Positions 13,630-28,438 of a stretch of DNA of 64,000 nucleotides are shown one piece after another; positions within the stretch are counted from its first letter, which is position 1, and the number at the start of each line of letters is the position of its first letter. This stretch comes from the human T2T-CHM13v2.0 reference genome, Homo sapiens. The position numbers and the translations under genes were made by a program. The notes under the pieces are model-generated. The model worked only from the letters and a program-made list of their open reading frames with translations, was not told where the DNA came from and did no database searches. The DNA is taken from the NCBI RefSeq assembly GCF_009914755.1, contig NC_060925.1. One strand, 5' to 3'.

Positions 13630-15256
13630 TATGGCAAAGTAAGCTTTATTTAATTGGTAGCAGGAGAGTCACAACTTCAAACTCCAGAAAAGATGAAGTA
13701 AATTTGCAATGATTTCATACACCAAGATTCCTCCTACCCAAAGCTGAAGATATATTTTCAAGGAAAGGTGATGGAAAGAAAAATGGTGCTCGCCCAAGAG
13801 ATTCTTCCATCCAGCAGGCATATACTTTGTCTATCATGAGTCAAGCCCTGATCCAAAGGCTTGTTAACTCATAATTACACTAAGCATCTCTCCTATGCCA
13901 AGTAATGTGGCAAGTATTGTGAGGGAAATACAAATGCCCTAATGTAAAAAGTTCATTCCAGTGTAGGCTGACCTTCTCAAAATGGGGTCTGGTCAGATTC
14001 TCCATGCTAGGCTACAGGAAAGAAGGCTGAAGAAGCAAATTTACAAATCAGTTTGCCTACAATTGAGAATTAGAGCAAATGACTTGCAATACCAGGAGTA
14101 CTTCAGACCATATCAATCAGAAACTTTCTTCATATCTGTGTCTCCTGTTCATTTATTCTGAAGTTAATCCTGTCCCACAGTCATTATAACCATCAGTGAC
14201 CAGCCAACCTCCCAATCTAGCTGTCTTAGAGTAGACATTTGTTCATCCTGCAGGTCCCTCTCTCTCACCCAAGATCCTCAATGAAATCAGAGAGTGAGGA
14301 CAGAGGGATCTGTCTGGAGGGACAGAGATGTATATAATTAAAGTCACAACCATCGGTAAGGAGGACTCAGGAGAAGCTGTTCAAGCAAAAGGAAAAGTGG
14401 AGCTCATGCAAGCACTCAAGGGAGAAGGGAAGGTCGGGTACAGCTATAGCAACAAGAAGGTGATCCTATTATAAGAAGGTGATCCTACTACTACAAAGAA
14501 ACTGTTGAGAATATGACGTATCCCAGACAACTACTCATGTCCCCAAGTGCCAAATCCCAAAAGATTTGAGGATGCTTATTTGGGCTCTTCTTATTGGTTG
14601 ATTCGATGTCTCTTCTTTTTCTTATGCAGAAGACATACAGGCAGACCCAGAAAGCCTCATTTCTTGTTTAATTTTCCTAATAGCCCCAAGAAAGCTATTA
14701 CTGGAAAGTCCAGCTGCTTGTGCAGGATATCTACCAATGATTCACTTTCTCCTTAAGAATCATAGGCACAGTCCATTTAGGAGATGAGATTGCTAAATGG
14801 CATGGACAAAGTGGAGACATTATAGGAGTTCCGGTGAGTACTTGTGAGATCACTATTGGTGACTTAATCTCTGAAGTCCAGATTATTCACTCTTGTAACA
14901 TGCTAGTTACATCTTCACTGATGGTGGGTGGAAGCAATGTTTCAGCCTCAAGTTCTGAGGTTTGACAGGGGATTGCTGTTGAAGTACCATCTGCTGATCA
15001 CTGAGTCACCATGACCTCAGTGGTTTGTCAGGTTGCATAAGGTTCTCTTTGTATAATGAGATTTCACTGAGAAAGATTCTTGCTTTGGAAGCATTCCAAT
15101 CTTCTTGGAGTTTCTTCCCAAGCAGTTCCTCCGCCCTGCCACCTCCCCGAGCAGCCCTTCGATGACTCCCTGTCTTCTGTGGTGCATTTCAGTTACAAAA
15201 AGCCCAAGGGGAATGTGTCCATCGTCTTGCAAGTAAAAATGCTTCTGAAGCTATAG
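13630..15256 (-). other. PDE4DIP: Alternative terminal exon (Leu-stop, then ~1.6-kb 3' UTR) of short isoforms
   Basis: ctctgtag|CTA TAG acceptor; repeat-free stretch ending at AATAAA (minus, 13645-13650) followed by GU/U-rich sequence. 3' end approximate. Confidence 0.65.
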
Positions 15257-15537
15257 CTACAGAGAATAAATAGGGGCAAAGGTGGGTAGGAGGGGGAAGG
15301 AAGCAGAAGAAAGAGATACAATACAAACCAAAGGGTGGATTGGAGAGAAAAATGGAGTGAAGATATGGGTTGGAAAGGCAGCTGGGAAGTTCAAGGAGAA
15401 CAGGTAGATGACTGAGAAGTAGTTTATGTAAAAAGATATCTTCTCACTAAGTCCGCAAGGGCTGCAGGAGACTATCAGACCTCAGAAGGGCTGTGTGCTG
15501 TCCACCCTGGAAGTCCCAGACCCTGACACTGACTTAC

Positions 15538-15626
15538 TTGCTGGTGACTATGGTGTGCAGCCTCCTCCTCAATACTGTCAGTGAACTCAGTGCTTGTATC
15601 TTCGGTGTCATCCCCTGCAGCTGCAC
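15538..15626 (-). CDS. PDE4DIP: 89-nt exon (G-AAAGDDTEDTSTEFTDSIEEEAAHHSHQQ)
   Basis: tttccag / gtaagt boundaries; myomegalin frame needs a phase-1 upstream donor. Confidence 0.9.
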
Positions 15627-18600
15627 CTGGAAACAAGTCCAGAAAAGAAAAGTGATTCCCTTCACAGATGGCTTCCAGACAGCAGGTTAAATTATACTCT
15701 TTTTGCCCGCTGACTCTGATTTCTTCCTTTCTCCATATACATGGGGAAGAAATTCTCCCTAGCCAGCAGGGCTGGAAAGAAAAATAGAACTTTTTGTATC
15801 ACAGACACTTTCTTACTCATACTCAAGCCTGAGCCTCACAACATAAGCTGACTTTGCCTGCACAGACCCATTTCTAAGGAGCCGACTGTCAGATGCACTG
15901 GTTACCCCACTCGAATGTCAAGAAAGCCTGAATTATTCCCCACTGCCTGGCTACATAAAAACTTTCTCTTCCATAATATGAGTCCAATATGCTTAACCCT
16001 TTCCCCACCACTGAGTGCCTGGAGATTAGAGCTGCCCTGAATCTCTCAGAGGTATCTATTGTTGGGATCAGTTGTGCATAGGGTGACAATCTCTCTGAGG
16101 AACTTCCCTCTGGGGGTCCTGTGTCCTAGTAAGGTTCAGGTCTAGTCAAGATTCAAGACACCAAAGGATTCAGTTGTTCCCTAATTTCTTCCTCTAACCT
16201 CCCTTCCTCCTCACCTCTCTCAAACTCTTATTCTATGCAGACACCCTTTGTCTGAAGGGTTTCTTGCACTGCTTTATCCCCGTGGGATTTAACCCATCCT
16301 TTCATTCTCCAGAGATGGACACAGCCACTCTAGGGCCCAAACATCTACACCTTGCTCTAAGGTACAAGTAGCTGCAGTTTGTGGTATGGGCAAAGGTCTA
16401 AGGCAGCACTGACCAAGAGGACTTTCTGCAATGACAGCAATGTTCTGTGCCAGTGTTGCCCAGTACAGTGGACACAGTCATATATGGCTATTGAGCTTTG
16501 AAATGTGGGTAGTATGGCTCACATTTCAAAGCATTGAATCTTAAATTTTATTTAAATTTACTTATATTTAAATGACTGCATGTGGCTAGTGGCTACCCTA
16601 TTGGACAGCACAAATCTAGGGTGTGTCTTCCTCCTTATATTGATTAAAATTAAGACTGTTCATACATTTTAAGACCAAGAGCTATGTTTTATATACTGTA
16701 TTTTTCAGGAAGTGTAGAAATTTATTATGGTTAATTTGTCAAAGAAAATTTACTGTGACACTCACTGTGTCTTATAGAACCTCCCCAACTTAAGAATCTT
16801 GAAATCTTGTTCTGATCCTAGCCTCGGCAACCAACCAGTTACAACTCCACTTCTGACCACTGATTAACCTGGACCTCTAAGAGATTACGTGGTGAGTCCA
16901 AGGTTACACAACTAGCCCTCACTAGAGCTGCGCCAGTAAGTCAAGACTCTGGACTCTTAGACAGAAGCCACTCACTTTTCCTTCTGGTGACAAATCAGAT
17001 CTTTATCTTTGCTTCTTCCTCCAAGACCAAAGAACCTTCTGTTGAGTTCAGACATCCAGGCATGAAAGGCTCTGCTTGAATCATGAGCATTCACTACCCA
17101 ATACAGATAAGGTGCTTACCTTATCTCCGTAAGGAATTCGACGGAGACAAATAAATGCTCATCTCATCTCGACACTCTGCCACACAGGGGTTTTGTTTCT
17201 TCCCCTTCATTCTCTCTTTTTTAAGCTAGCTCACAGTCTTCTTCCATTATGGCAGCTTTAAGGGTTGCTCAGCCTTTTACCAATTTGAATTAAAATGCTG
17301 AAACTTTTTCTCCCATGTTTGAGGGGTAAAGCTAAAAAATTTATAGAAAATATGGGAATAAAAGAGTAAGTTATCTCATACAAGGTCCATACAAGACATT
17401 AGACATCTTTTACCATTTTCCATTTTTTTAAATAAATGAGAGAACTTCTCTTGTGTGATACCCTTTTCTAAACTTTTACTGCACAACGAAACACTGTCTT
17501 TAGAACTAACTTGGAATATTTTGAATTTCTAATTTAAGGTACCTATGATTTTATATTGATGACTCGTCTGCTTATTTTTTGATAAAATATAAAATAGCCT
17601 GCCGCCTTTAGATTCTCTGGGAGCTAAGAATCTGTTCATTTAACTTGCTTCTTCGAGATTAAGTTTTACATGTTAGACTGGCAATTTTATAAAAAACTTT
17701 TATTTGAGGCTTCAATAAAAGTTCTCAACTTGTGGTTCTTGGAAGTTTCTAGGCTCTGAACAATACAAAATGGAGGTGATACCAAGATGTCCCTTATTTA
17801 GAAAAGTATTTTCTATCAGCTATCTAATTCTACAAAGTACACAAAAATAAACCTCTAAAACATAAGACCATAAAATCCTTGGGTGAAAATGTAAGCGTTA
17901 TGCAAATATAAGGTATTCTTATCACTGAAGCAAAAATTCATACTTTTGTAGAACTTTTTAAATTGAGTATGGCATAATAATTAAGAACAAGAACTATGGA
18001 GATAGACTGTCTTGATTTGAATTGTGCTTTTATTGTTAGTTATGTCACTTCAGGCAAGTCATAACCTTTCCATAACTAAGTTTCTTCATTTAATAATTAG
18101 GGTTAAGAGTGTTACCCACTCCATACTGTTGTGAACTTTAAAGGGTTTGCTGATTTTGAAGTGCTTAGAACAGTGCTTGGTACACAGTGTGTACTCAATA
18201 AATACCATCCTTAAACAATATTATTATTGTTATTGTAAGTAAACTGAAGTAGTCCATGGGCTTATAAGTTGAAGACTGAGAAAGTTGAAGGCCACAGAAC
18301 CTAAATAGCATCAGCAGAAGGAAGTTTTATACTTGATGGTAACAGGATTTATCCTGCTATCAATTTACTCTTGCTGGAGGTTGACAGAAGTAGGAGTGAT
18401 TATTAACATAAACTGTAATCACTATGAGCCATTAGAAACGAAGAAACACCCAGAGCTGAATCTTACTAGCGATTCAGAAGATGGTTACCATTAGCAGAAG
18501 CAAGAAGAGATGAAGTTTTTATGTAAGTAAAACTTCACCTAACAGATGAAAAAATGATAGCATTAGGATATCTCCATTTTGCAACCCTTAATGAATTAAG

Positions 18601-18797
18601 GGATAAGGCATCAAACAGCAACAGCTGCTAACATCACGAGAGATCACCAAACATTACATGACTCCTGATGGAAGAACACGCCACCACCTGTGAAGAAATA
18701 CTGCCAAAAGTTGGCACTACATGCCCTAAACTTTCAGTGTTCTCATCAGAAAATGACAAGTACTTGGTTATGACAAACTTCATTAAAAATCATAATA

Positions 18798-19132
<335 letters not shown>

Positions 19133-20890
19133 CTAATAAATGCTTTGTATAGATTTAATCCTTTTAACAAACCTAGTGATCTGGCTCCTGCCTACTTTTC
19201 CTACTTTAATATCTGCCATTTTACTGCTCACTCATGACTCTGTAGGCACATTAGACTTTTTCTGTTCCAGGAACACCAGACTTTCTCTTGACTTGGCCTT
19301 TACAACTACTCCCTTTGCCTGAAATATCTTTCTCAGGGCTGCCTCCTTTTCATCCTTAGGTCCCAGCTTACGTGTCATCTGCTCAGAGAAGCCTTCTTTG
19401 GCCACCCTATTTAAGATGGTCTCCATCCATGTTGCTTTCTATCATTTCCCTCATATCACTTACTATACTCTATAACTATAATGTTTATTTATTTATTGTC
19501 TGTATCTCCCCAGTAGAAATTAACTACACAGAGCCACAGACCTTACTGATTTCATTCACTACCTACCTCATCCCCAGCACTAGCCCAAGCTTAGAGAAGG
19601 TCCCCATATAGCTAATGAATGAATGAGTGAATCCTCACAACAATCCTATGAGATAACTACTCTTTTATTTATACATAAGGTGACTTCTTCTACTCTTCAA
19701 CTTACAGACAAGGTGATCTGAGTCTGAGAGAAATTAAGGAACTTGTTCAAAAATCACAGGGCTGGCTAGTAAGTGGTAAATCCAGAACGTGAACTCAGGG
19801 AAGCTGACTCAGAGCCACTAGGCTATAATATCTTTCCTGTAGATACCACATATCCATACAATCTTTATGGTAAGACAAGTTATTTTAAATAAACCCTTTA
19901 AAGGAATTTAGCAATAGCTAAATATCACCCAAAATACCCATTCATAGGCATTACAATTTCATGATCCTGAAAACAGGACAGAACCAAAAAGTAACATTAC
20001 TCTAGATTTGATAAATGTGAGAAAAACAGGAAGAGGATGTGGAAACTAAAATATCTGACATGAATAATCAGATAACGGCTAAGGTAGAACCACAAAAAGG
20101 AAGGGGGACTAGGGGATTTTTAAAACTGGTATTTCTTAAATGCCACACATTCTCATATCCTGAAAACTAATTGAGTCATAAAACATGAGTCTGTTTGTAA
20201 GCAGAAATATGACAATGAAATCAAAAGATAAAATATGATAATTCTGTCACAAATACAAACACAGGTTTTATATTATAGATCTAGCTATGGCAAAAGGTAG
20301 AAAAAAACTAAGGAGCTATTTGGACTAGCTAGCTAAACTGAATTTAGGAAGCCATGACATTGAGTGATCTTCTAAAAGAGATGCCAACATAGTAACAAAC
20401 AAGCTTTTAGTTTCAGTCTGTAACTCTGCGCTGTGGTCCTAGTATTTCTTCAACATCATAGTTGAATATGCAACTAGCTGTGGAGGAAAGGCAGGGGGAA
20501 GGGAATCTCTAAGGCTGAAAGGCCTCTTCCAAAAAAAATTGAAGAGAACTCTATGCTAGAGCGAGTTAAAGCATAAGGTGGGAAAAATGTGCTCTAGGAA
20601 ATGAATCTTCTTAGGAAGTATGTGAAGTCACAAAAGGCTTGAGTTTGAATCATAGCTCTGGCATTTATTAGTTACATGACTATTCTCCACTCCCATTTTA
20701 AAAGAGAAATCAGTGTTTCAGCTTCTTCGTCTATAATAATTGGGCCGACACCACTTACTTTGTGTAGAGTTGTGAGCATTAGTGCTAATTTAAATACCTA
20801 GCACAGTACATTGCACATGAATACTTGATAAACACTGATTATACTCAAATTTCTCGTTTCATGTTTCTAAATCTAATTTCACGGATCTAA

Positions 20891-21276
<386 letters not shown>

Positions 21277-21552
21277 TTTACAATTATTTTATTCCAGTTA
21301 GCAATGGGGAGAGAGGGTTACGTTTTTCCAGCATTTAATAAGTTTTAATGGTCCCAATCTAAAAACAGGAGCATCTTTTTGAGATAATGTATATATAAAA
21401 TAACTTATATTTTTCTCCAAAAAGAAAAAAGTCATACCTGGCATTTGGACTCAGATATTATACATGGAGAATTATATGCTTTTAAATATAAACTATTTTG
21501 AAAGAAAAAAATAATAGGGATTTTGGAATTAAGACTTAACTAAAAAACTCAC

Positions 21553-21644
21553 CTGACTTTCTCTTTCTTTTTTAGCCATGAGTTCAAGTTCCTCTTTGGC
21601 ATTACTCAGTTCTTTTTCCAGCCCTGCAACTGTGTCCAAGTCTC
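21553..21644 (-). CDS. PDE4DIP: 92-nt exon (DLDTVAGLEK...KERESQ)
   Basis: ttttag / gtgagt boundaries; starts phase 1, ends phase 0. Confidence 0.9.
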
Positions 21645-22728
21645 CTAAAATGAAAATATAGCACTAGTTTTAATTGCTATTAACATAATGTGGTATCTGC
21701 TGCCTCCTTTGAGTAATTTACAGAGGACACATTCCAATAATAAGAAAAAAGAAAACATACACACAGGTTGTTCTTTATAGCATTATTTATAATAGCAAAA
21801 TACTGCAATCATCCTAGATGCTATAAAGAAAAGATTGAATAAACTATAGTATATTCACAGATGGCACTATATACTGATGTAAAAAAAGAATAAGGATGAT
21901 CTTTATGAATTTATATGGAGTGATTTTGAGATTTTAAGAATATGTTAAGTAAAAACAAGCTATGTGCTTAAGAATACATCTAAAGTAGTAGGTTTTCTAT
22001 TAGGAAAAAGGGGAAATAAGAATGTACATATATACATTACATATACGCAGATGATTCATTTGCTTATTTTTGCAAAAAGATATACAGGAAGAATAACCCA
22101 GAAATGAAACTGATTACCTGCAGGAGATGAGTGGAAACAGGAGAGAAGGAACAGGAAAATATTGGACATCTGAGTATATCATTTTATATACTAGAGTTTT
22201 GAACTGTGTAAATGTTTAATTTTTAATGTGTAAGTCAGTTTGACAATGAATGAGAGAGAAAAGGTCTAAAATTGAATACTAATATAAATAAATAAATCTA
22301 TATAGCAAATAGATAACAAAACCATCCAGAAGATAATAAAAAAATTAATCCAAATAATTTTTGAACTCACTACTACTCTAACTGAACACTGTCAGTGCAA
22401 AATATCCTAAGGATAAAAAGAATTACAAAAAAATCTTAAACATTACTTAATACATTTATTGTTGATGGTGGTATTTATGTAACAATTCCAAAAATACTTT
22501 TGCATATTATAGTATTCTGCAACTGTGTAAATATTTTGAAATATATTGATGCTATAAGTAACCAGGGCTCTCAAGGAGATACAAATATGAAATGAGGGAA
22601 AAAAGAACCTATATTGTTAAATTGGAATTAAGGAAATCAGTATCAAATCTTCACATGTATACAAATACACACATACATACTTAAAAATATTCATTGCTAG
22701 TTCTGTTCTCTTAAAAGGGCCTAGAAGC

Positions 22729-22979
22729 GGCTGGGCGCAGTGGCTCACATCTGTAATCTCAGTACTTTGGGAGGCCGAGGAGGGCGGATCACGAGGTCAG
22801 GAGATTGAGACCATCCTGGCTAACACGGTGAAACCCCGTCTCTACTAAAAATACAAAAAAATTAGCTGGGTGTGGTGGCTGGCGCTGTAGTCCCAGCTAC
22901 TCGAGAGGTGAGCAGAGAGATCGTGCCACTGCACTCCCACCTGGGTGACAGAGCGAGACTCCGTCTCAAAAAAAAAAAA
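22729..22979 (+). mobile_element. AluY-like with right-arm internal deletion, inside an old L1M relic
   Basis: Alu lacking the aggagaat...gcagt block; TSD-like gg(g/t)cctagaagc. Confidence 0.9.
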
Positions 22980-23564
22980 GGTCCTAGAAGCAAAAGGCAT
23001 TCATGTAGCAATGAACACATCTTGTGTCCAGATCATAGTTTCTGAATGCCATTACCCACCAAAAGGAACCAGGGAGCTCTTTAGGATAATGGCTGATTCT
23101 GGGACTGAGGCAGGTAAAGCAAAAGGTAATCATAGAACATCTTATTGTGCCAGAAACTATCAAACTATGCTAACATTATATATATATATAACATTAGTAG
23201 GTGATGTCAAGTTACAGTGAGTGGCCCCAGACTTGAAACGATACCCAGGAAAAGGTGTCAGCTCATGGCCCTGCTGTGCAGGATTGGAACAATTACCTCC
23301 TGCATTTCTGAATCCCTGCAAAGCTATCTGAAAAGGAGAGTAAGGATAGAATTTCTCTGGGCCGAATTGTGAACCCAGAGCAATAACCTCAACTCAACAT
23401 AAGGTAAGGACAGTTCTTCAGCCTTTCAGAGGAATTCCAAACTTATTTGTTCTATTAAGGTAGGAAGAGAAAAGAGTCTTGGCCAAACCTATAATACAGA
23501 GATTACTAGAAGAAAAAACAAGAGAAAAACAAAGTCCCTTAATGAAATGAAATTTGATACTTAC

Positions 23565-23646
23565 CTAATGTGGATCTGGGTATGCTGACATCCTCTTTGG
23601 CAGTCAATGAAGTGCTATCATCTCTGGAAGGTATCTGCATTGAACC
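23565..23646 (-). CDS. PDE4DIP: 82-nt exon (GSMQIPSRDD...PRSTL-G)
   Basis: tttttag / gtaagt boundaries; ends phase 1. Confidence 0.9.
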
Positions 23647-23812
23647 CTAAAAAATTGCAAAAGTCAGGGGACTTAGGAAGATGCAGGAACTATGATCACA
23701 ATGACAGTACTGAGAATATTCTCAGAATTTGGTATTAAAATTATCAAACTTACACCTCAAATGTAAAAAGGAAATGGAATCAGCATGAATTATGTAAGTC
23801 TATAGTTCTTAC

Positions 23813-23977
23813 TTGATCAGTCTGTTTTCCAAGACGGCCAGTGGGGGTAACTTCAGCTTGTTGGTTAGAGATGGGTGCTTGGGACATCAGGGAGTCTCTC
23901 CCTCCTAAATATTGGTGCAGGGCCTGTAATTCTGAATTTCTTTCCATTAAGGCTTGCACCAACTTCTCTGCAGCAGC
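23813..23977 (-). CDS. PDE4DIP: 165-nt exon (AAAEKLVQAL...GKQTDQ)
   Basis: tactag / gtaaga boundaries. Confidence 0.92.
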
Positions 23978-26144
23978 CTAGTAAGAGGAAATCACAAATA
24001 ACATTATAAAGATATTCTAGTAAAACAAATTTTTTGTTCTGGTATTATTTCTTCAAAGTCAACCATTTGTAAAAAACAAACAACAATGACAACAACAAAA
24101 AACAGTGGGTCCTTAGGAAATAGTTTCCTTGCTTTCAGTTTACAGGGAAAAACAGAGTTAAGTGAATGGAAAGAAAGTCTCATAGGCAGAATATTGGGAA
24201 AAAAAACTGAATTTAACACATCTGTAACAGATAAGAGAATCTGAAATAGGTTCTGCTACAACTATCAGGCTAAGGTGTTAAGATTCTGGTTTGAATTAGT
24301 ATAACAAATGTCTTTATTCTCGGATAGTTGCTTCTTAGGGGTGGATTCCTTTTCACTCAAACATTTGTGTGGTTTGCTCCCTTCAGGTCTTTGCCAAATG
24401 TCACCTTATCAGGTTGGTCTTTCCTGCATATCCTATCCAAAACAGCAATCTTGCTGGCCAAAGTATAAGATGAATATGTTTTGGGGATCCAATGATAGCA
24501 TGGTGACTTTAGTTAATAATACTGTATTATTTACTTGAAATTTGCTAAGAGAGTAGATCTTAAGTGGTTTCACCATACACGCATAAAATGTGTAGTGACG
24601 GATGTGTTAATTTGATTGTGGCAATCACTTCAAAATGTATATGTATATCAACACATCATGCTGTACACCTTGAGTATATACAATATTTGTCAATTATACT
24701 TTAATAAAGCTGGGAAAAAAATTTTTTTAAAACCCAGCAATCTCTTCTCTATCTCCAACACTTCTTACTGTGCTTAATTTTTTTTCGATGCACTTACCAT
24801 TATCTAATAGATCTCTCTCTCTGCTTCCCCTACATGGAATGTAAGTTTCCTAAAGGCAATTTGGTGCTGAATCTCAAGCACCCAGTACGGTGTCTGGCAC
24901 ATAATAGGCACACACTACATATTTACTGAATGAATCAATTACGCACATAAACATGTTTATCAGACCACATGATTAGGATAATCTCAACCTCAAAATCACC
25001 CAACTCAGCTTGTTTCATTTCAAATCCCAGTTTTCTAAGACAGATGATGACACAATAAGGGAAAGATCTAGAACATTTTTAACTATTAATGCACAGGAAG
25101 TCTGCATTTAAACAGAAAATCTGGAAATAATAAATTGATATTAAAATTACTGAGGGTCTAAGATGATGAATCATAACACCAACTGTCTCTGAGGAAAAGT
25201 ACTATTGTTTTAGGGCAGAAGCTGAGCTCTTGTCACAATTTCTAGGGGAAATACGAAAAAAACCTTCCACTTTTCAGTAAGTAAAATTTGGGCTCTTTGG
25301 AGATTTGAATATAACTATTTTAGACGTATCAGAATATTATTAAAGTACCTTAATAAAAATATCTGTGAAAACTGTGGGGAAAAAACATAATAAATAATAT
25401 ACAAGATATATACTGTGCTCTATCTGCCTTGGCACTCCTTTTCTCGTAGTATTTAAGAGTTTTTAGCAGTGCTCCTCCAATGCAGTCCACGAACCTGCAG
25501 CATCACTATCACCTGGAAACTTGTTAGAAATGCAAATTCTTAAGTCCCACCTATACCTCGTAATTTCTTTCTCTGGAGTTGAGCTCCACAATCTACATCT
25601 TTAAAAAGCTATTCAGGTGATTTCTTTTGCACGTAAATTTAGAGAAGCAGATCTAGAAGAATACAACCATTAATCTTCTTGAGTTGAAAAATCTCCTGTA
25701 ATTTCCATCATCTCCATTATTCTATTACCAGCAGTGCATAATTTTTTTTTCTGAGGTATAATAAAGACCAATTGTCCCAAATCACAAAGAAGTTAAAAAG
25801 AAAACTCAAAGATCCTAGCCTCTTGCCAAAGATTTAAATAATTTAGAATAATTTTGTTAGGTCTATTTTAGAAACAATTTCTGAAGCACACAGCAGGACC
25901 TTTCTAGAAAGATGTGTATTTACTTCAGTGGGCCTAACAATTAGAATAGTGGAGTATAATCCTTTCACAACATAAGAAAACATAAGAAAATATTATGGGG
26001 TCAAATAACATAGGCAAAAAAGAGTCTATCTTCCTCTAAAAACTGACTACGGGGATTCTGAGCTACTGGTATCTGAAATGCAGCACAAGTCAACTAAGAG
26101 TTTTTAGCCTTGAGGAGAAAACACATAGAAATGAGGAAAAATTA

Positions 26145-26467
<323 letters not shown>

Positions 26468-26839
26468 TTAAATATTGTGAAATTAATATACCCTGTACTA
26501 TTATGAGATTGTTTATTCTCACCATGACCTCTGAAAAATGCGATCTTTTTTCCCTCTTAACTCAGATTTTACAAAAACTAAGAGTAAACATGTTGAGTGT
26601 AAGTTTTCCCATACCTTGACTGGAAATGCAAAATATTACTCAAGTCTTAACAATTTAGAATCAAAATCGAAACACTCACAACCCCTACTCCTTTCTCTCA
26701 AAATTATCAGATTATTAAGGAAAAGAAAACGTATGTAATGAAGTTAATGGATACATGTATTGTTTAGGCACCCTTCCAAATGCAAGGTTTTCAAGAAATG
26801 TGTCATACTTTGATGATTAATGTAAAACTGTGGTCTAAG

Positions 26840-26978
26840 GCCAGGCGCAGCAGCTCACACGTATAGTCCCAGCACTTTGGGAAGCCAAGGCAGGATGATT
26901 GCTTGAGCCCAGGAGTTTGAGACCAGCCTGTGCAACACAGCGAAACCCCCATCTCTAAATAAGTAAGTAAATAAATAA
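26840..26978 (+). mobile_element. Alu monomer (FLAM-like)
   Basis: Single arm; TSD taaaactgtggt. Confidence 0.85.
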
Positions 26979-27133
26979 AACTGTGGTTTAGGTAATAAAT
27001 AGAAGGAAAGAAACTAACAGAGTTGACGGTAAAATATATAAATATACACACATCTATAGTCTGCAAATGCTTCCTATTTGCAGACTATAAATGCACTACA
27101 CGACACTTGTCTGATCTGTGCATTAATCCTTAC

Positions 27134-27328
27134 TTGGCTTTCCTGCTCCCTGGTGCTCACAGACTGAAGCAGGCCTTGAATCTCCATTTCATGTTCCAGC
27201 ACTTGTTTATTTCGATCACTTAGAAGGTCCTGCAGCATCCTTTCCTTTCACTGTAGACGCTGGCACAGCTCCTCTGCTATCTCACTCTGCCCTGGTCCAA
27301 GTTTGCAGAGCAATGTTGCACTAAGATC
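27134..27328 (-). CDS. PDE4DIP: 195-nt exon with premature stop (DLSATLL...CQRLQ*KERMLQ...EQESQ)
   Basis: cattag / gtaagg boundaries; TGA at 27248-27250 in an otherwise open myomegalin frame. Confidence 0.92.
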
Positions 27329-28258
27329 CTAATGCAGAAAGGACACTGTAAGCTTCTGGAGGAAAGAAATGCCTCTGCTAAATATCAAAGGGCTTATAAG
27401 AATCTATCATAGAAGAAGGAGGTGTGAGATTCTTGAGAATAAGTATCATGTTTTACTCATTTTTGTTTTACCAGATCTAGCATAGGCCTGCTACACAGAA
27501 GTCTCTAAATACATGTCCCAGGAATGAATACAAACCATACAGAAAACTATCTCTGGTGGCCACTTACATACATATTGTTTTCTGAAATAAGTCTTTTTCC
27601 TATTTGTTCAGGGCATGTAACAATTAATGTTAGATGAGGATAAATGGACACTCAGTTCATTTATTTGTTTTCTCCCCAGTGTAACTTAACAGGGGGAAGC
27701 ATAAAACGATAAGCTGAAAGGAATACTAAACACTATATTTGCTATCATAGCGATGGTTTCTATTTCTGTACTAACTGATGGCACATGGTGGAGGAATGGA
27801 GCCATACTGCCTAGGTTGATACTGGATCTGCTACTTATTAGCTATGTTAGCTTGGACAAGTTACTTAGCTTCAGAAGTCTGTTTCCTCCTCTATAAAAAG
27901 GAATAATAGAAAGTGCCTCATGGACTTGTGAGGATCCAATGAGTTAATATCCATTAGGATCTTAAAACAGTACCTGACCCAGCATGAAGACTATAACTAA
28001 TAAAGGTTAGCTATCATGTTAAAGATGCAATTTTTGGGTCTCATTAATTCTCACATAAGTTCTTTGAGAAAGTTAATTGCCAACTTAAGTTTCTAGACGT
28101 GGGGAAAAAAAAAATCCCAGTGAAAGTCAATGACTTGCCCAGGCACAGAATGAAATTAAAGACTTGGGTCACAGGCCTCCCGATCTGAAGAGTCCTAATC
28201 CAAGGCTGAGATTACATAATCACTGAACCAACTGCCTTAAAGTTAACTGAAGTCTTGC

Positions 28259-28438
28259 CTCCACTTCTTTGTTCCTATCATGAAGAGACGTCTGTAACTG
28301 CTGAATGATACTCTCTTGTTCCTTCTGCCAACGGCTAAATTTGGTTTCCATTTCTTCTTTCAGCCACTGGAGGTTTTGACAGGTAGTAGATAACTGTTCC
28401 ACTTCCAGGCCTTTGGCCCTCAGGAGACTCTCCATAGT
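28259..28438 (-). CDS. PDE4DIP: 180-nt exon (TMESLLRAKG...RNKEVE) with GC donor
   Basis: ctgtag acceptor; GAG|gcaaga non-canonical donor; phase 0 matches next exon. Confidence 0.88.

Noticed and set aside
17121-17150. Small hairpin ttatctccgt...acggagacaa
   Set aside because: A 10-bp imperfect stem is within chance for 64 kb; no ncRNA context.
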